26,782 nucleotides of DNA from positions 1 to 26,782 of the IMG/VR virus record IMGVR_UViG_3300020044_005261, one strand, 5' to 3'. The stretch comes from a virus. Taxonomy: Duplodnaviria; Caudoviricetes. A model generated the notes under the pieces. The model was not told the origin of the DNA and did no database searches. It saw only the letters and a program-made list of their open reading frames with translations. Below are positions 25,429-26,782 of the stretch, piece after piece. The position numbers and the translations under genes were made by a program. Numbering within the stretch: the first letter of the stretch is position 1; the number at the start of each line of letters is the position of its first letter.

Positions 25429-26782
25429 CTTTATTATCTTTATTTATAACCTCAAACCAACGCTGTCCGTTTGAATTACCTGTGGCATAAGTGTAACCAT
25501 AAAACTTACAATAGTGTTCAATCCATTGAGTAAATCTCTTTTGGCTTAGCTTAAAAGTTTTATAATCAGGGTATTCATTTATAAAACTATCGTAATAAGT
25601 TTGCTTTTGTGATCGTGTATTGAATTCAATGTTATCATTTTTACCATTCGCATCAGGTTTTGTCCACTCATAAAACTCAAAAGAAGTATTTTTTATAAAC
25701 TTTCTAACCTCTAAATTCTTGAAGTCGTGCTTAGTTAATCCGTTTACCAAATAAAATTGTACGCATTGAAGCATATAGTTGTCAAATTTTGACCATTCTG
25801 TGTCATCCCATTCATCAAAAAGTAAATGCCCAAATTCATCCAAAGGTGTATGTTTATAACTAAAGAAGTCTGCCATTTCTACTTCAAACTTCCTACGCTC
25901 AAACGATCCACCAACACCACCAACTGTATAATTCGTTGTAATTAATATTTTAGGGCTTTTTTGTACTGGTAATTTAATAGCATCCTGCCCTTTATATTCT
26001 AAAGTAATACCCTCGGTAATCAAACTAAATAAACTTTCAAAGTTGAAGTTCTTTTTAACATCATCAAACACTAAAATTTGTGTATCTGTACTAACTGTTT
26101 GATAAGGAAATGATTTTGTAAATTCAAATGTTTTACCATCAATACTACTTACCTTTTTCATTTGCGCTAAAGCATTCCAAAACAATCCTTTACCAGAACC
26201 ACCATTTGGATTTTCTGAAATTGTTTCATCATTGAAAATAATAGCTTTATTGTTTGCAGAAGTTTTAAATGAATGTAAAAGATAACCAATTACAGATTTA
26301 AAGGAGTTGTATTTTTCTGCATCTTGACCACTAATTAACCAAATGAATTTTCTAAAAACAGATTGATGATGGTCTGACTTTACATAATCTCTATCAATTA
26401 TTTGTCTTTTCCAAACGTAACCATCTAAATCTAAGTAATCAATATTTTCAATGGTTTCATCCGTTACCTTTACAACGCAATTTTTAAAATATAAAAAGCA
26501 TTCATTTTGTGTATCTTCTTTTATCTTTACTTCAGAGCTTTCTAAAAAAGAAAGAAAATCAGTTTGAAAATACTTAGGACAAGAAGCCATATAATCATAA
26601 GGAGAAAAACCAATATCATCACGTTGCAATAAATTTTCCAAAACAAAATCCTTAATTCTTTTTTCGCTTGTTTCCTCAACTAAATTTTGTTCAATTTTTA
26701 TAAATGTAAATGTGTTTGTATCAGTTGGAAAATACTTAAAAAAGTTATTTTGTTGTAACCAAAATTTATATTTATGTGGACT
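25409..26782 (-). CDS. Primase/helicase C-terminal P-loop NTPase (SF3/D5-like), 5'-truncated
   Basis: The frame is open to the window edge (47 extra codons SPHKYKFWLQQ... upstream of the TTG at 26641). Walker A GGSGKG, Walker B ILVFDD, motif C ILITTN, and SFERR. Confidence 0.85.
   Translation of the reverse strand, partial: SPHKYKFWLQQNNFFKYFPTDTNTFTFIKIEQNLVEETSEKRIKDFVLENLLQRDDIGFSPYDYMASCPKYFQTDFLSFLESSEVKIKEDTQNECFLYFKNCVVKVTDETIENIDYLDLDGYVWKRQIIDRDYVKSDHHQSVFRKFIWLISGQDAEKYNSFKSVIGYLLHSFKTSANNKAIIFNDETISENPNGGSGKGLFWNALAQMKKVSSIDGKTFEFTKSFPYQTVSTDTQILVFDDVKKNFNFESLFSLITEGITLEYKGQDAIKLPVQKSPKILITTNYTVGGVGGSFERRKFEVEMADFFSYKHTPLDEFGHLLFDEWDDTEWSKFDNYMLQCVQFYLVNGLTKHDFKNLEVRKFIKNTSFEFYEWTKPDANGKNDNIEFNTRSQKQTYYDSFINEYPDYKTFKLSQKRFTQWIEHYCKFYGYTYATGNSNGQRWFEVINKDNKDESCPF

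Larger units (their letters stand above)
1..26782 (-). mobile_element. Tailed dsDNA bacteriophage genome fragment (siphovirus-like, probable Bacteroidota host)
   Basis: Co-oriented, tightly packed terminase, portal, protease, capsid, tail, lysis and replication genes. No host housekeeping genes or integrase in view. A-rich start contexts without Shine-Dalgarno sequences and a TAnnTTTG promoter point to Bacteroidota. Confidence 0.95.

Noticed and set aside
5-25474. All plus-strand ORFs in the ORF track
   Set aside because: Each lies antisense to a convincing minus-strand gene, has shadow-like composition and shows no recognisable motifs.
26639-26641. TTG start called for the primase/helicase
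   Set aside because: The frame stays open to the window edge, so the true start lies outside the window.
1-26782. CRISPR array, tRNA/rRNA genes, introns/inteins, integrase, stop-codon recoding
   Set aside because: None seen by eye. Intergenic gaps are too short, hallmark genes have normal lengths and ORFs tile the strand under the standard code. Covariance-model searches were not run.

Overview
The whole window is a gene-dense fragment of a tailed dsDNA phage (siphovirus-like, probably with a Bacteroidota host). Every credible gene is on the minus strand. Read in transcription order (right to left) it has: a replication block (5'-truncated primase/helicase NTPase, SF2 helicase, T5 A1-like metallophosphoesterase nuclease, VRR-NUC); small accessory genes behind a Bacteroidota-type host promoter (lipoprotein, HTH protein, DUF1599-like protein); a compact ECF-like sigma factor; terS/terL; a tail block; a head block; and a portal, adaptor, tail fibre and lysis block. 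The strongest signal not explained by the ORF track is an identical bipartite motif, AACAAAA-N7-TTTACGTTTA, lying 6-8 nt upstream of the ATG of the first gene of each of the three virion blocks. It resembles an ECF promoter (AAC...CGT) and suggests a phage mini-sigma driving near-leaderless late mRNAs. Other notable items are a U9 -1 frameshift site in the putative tail chaperone, a portal with a MuF-like C-terminal extension, a non-canonical gene order, two intrinsic terminators, and five short or edge-truncated ORFs missed by the ORF track. All product calls rest on motif recognition and gene context; no database search was run.
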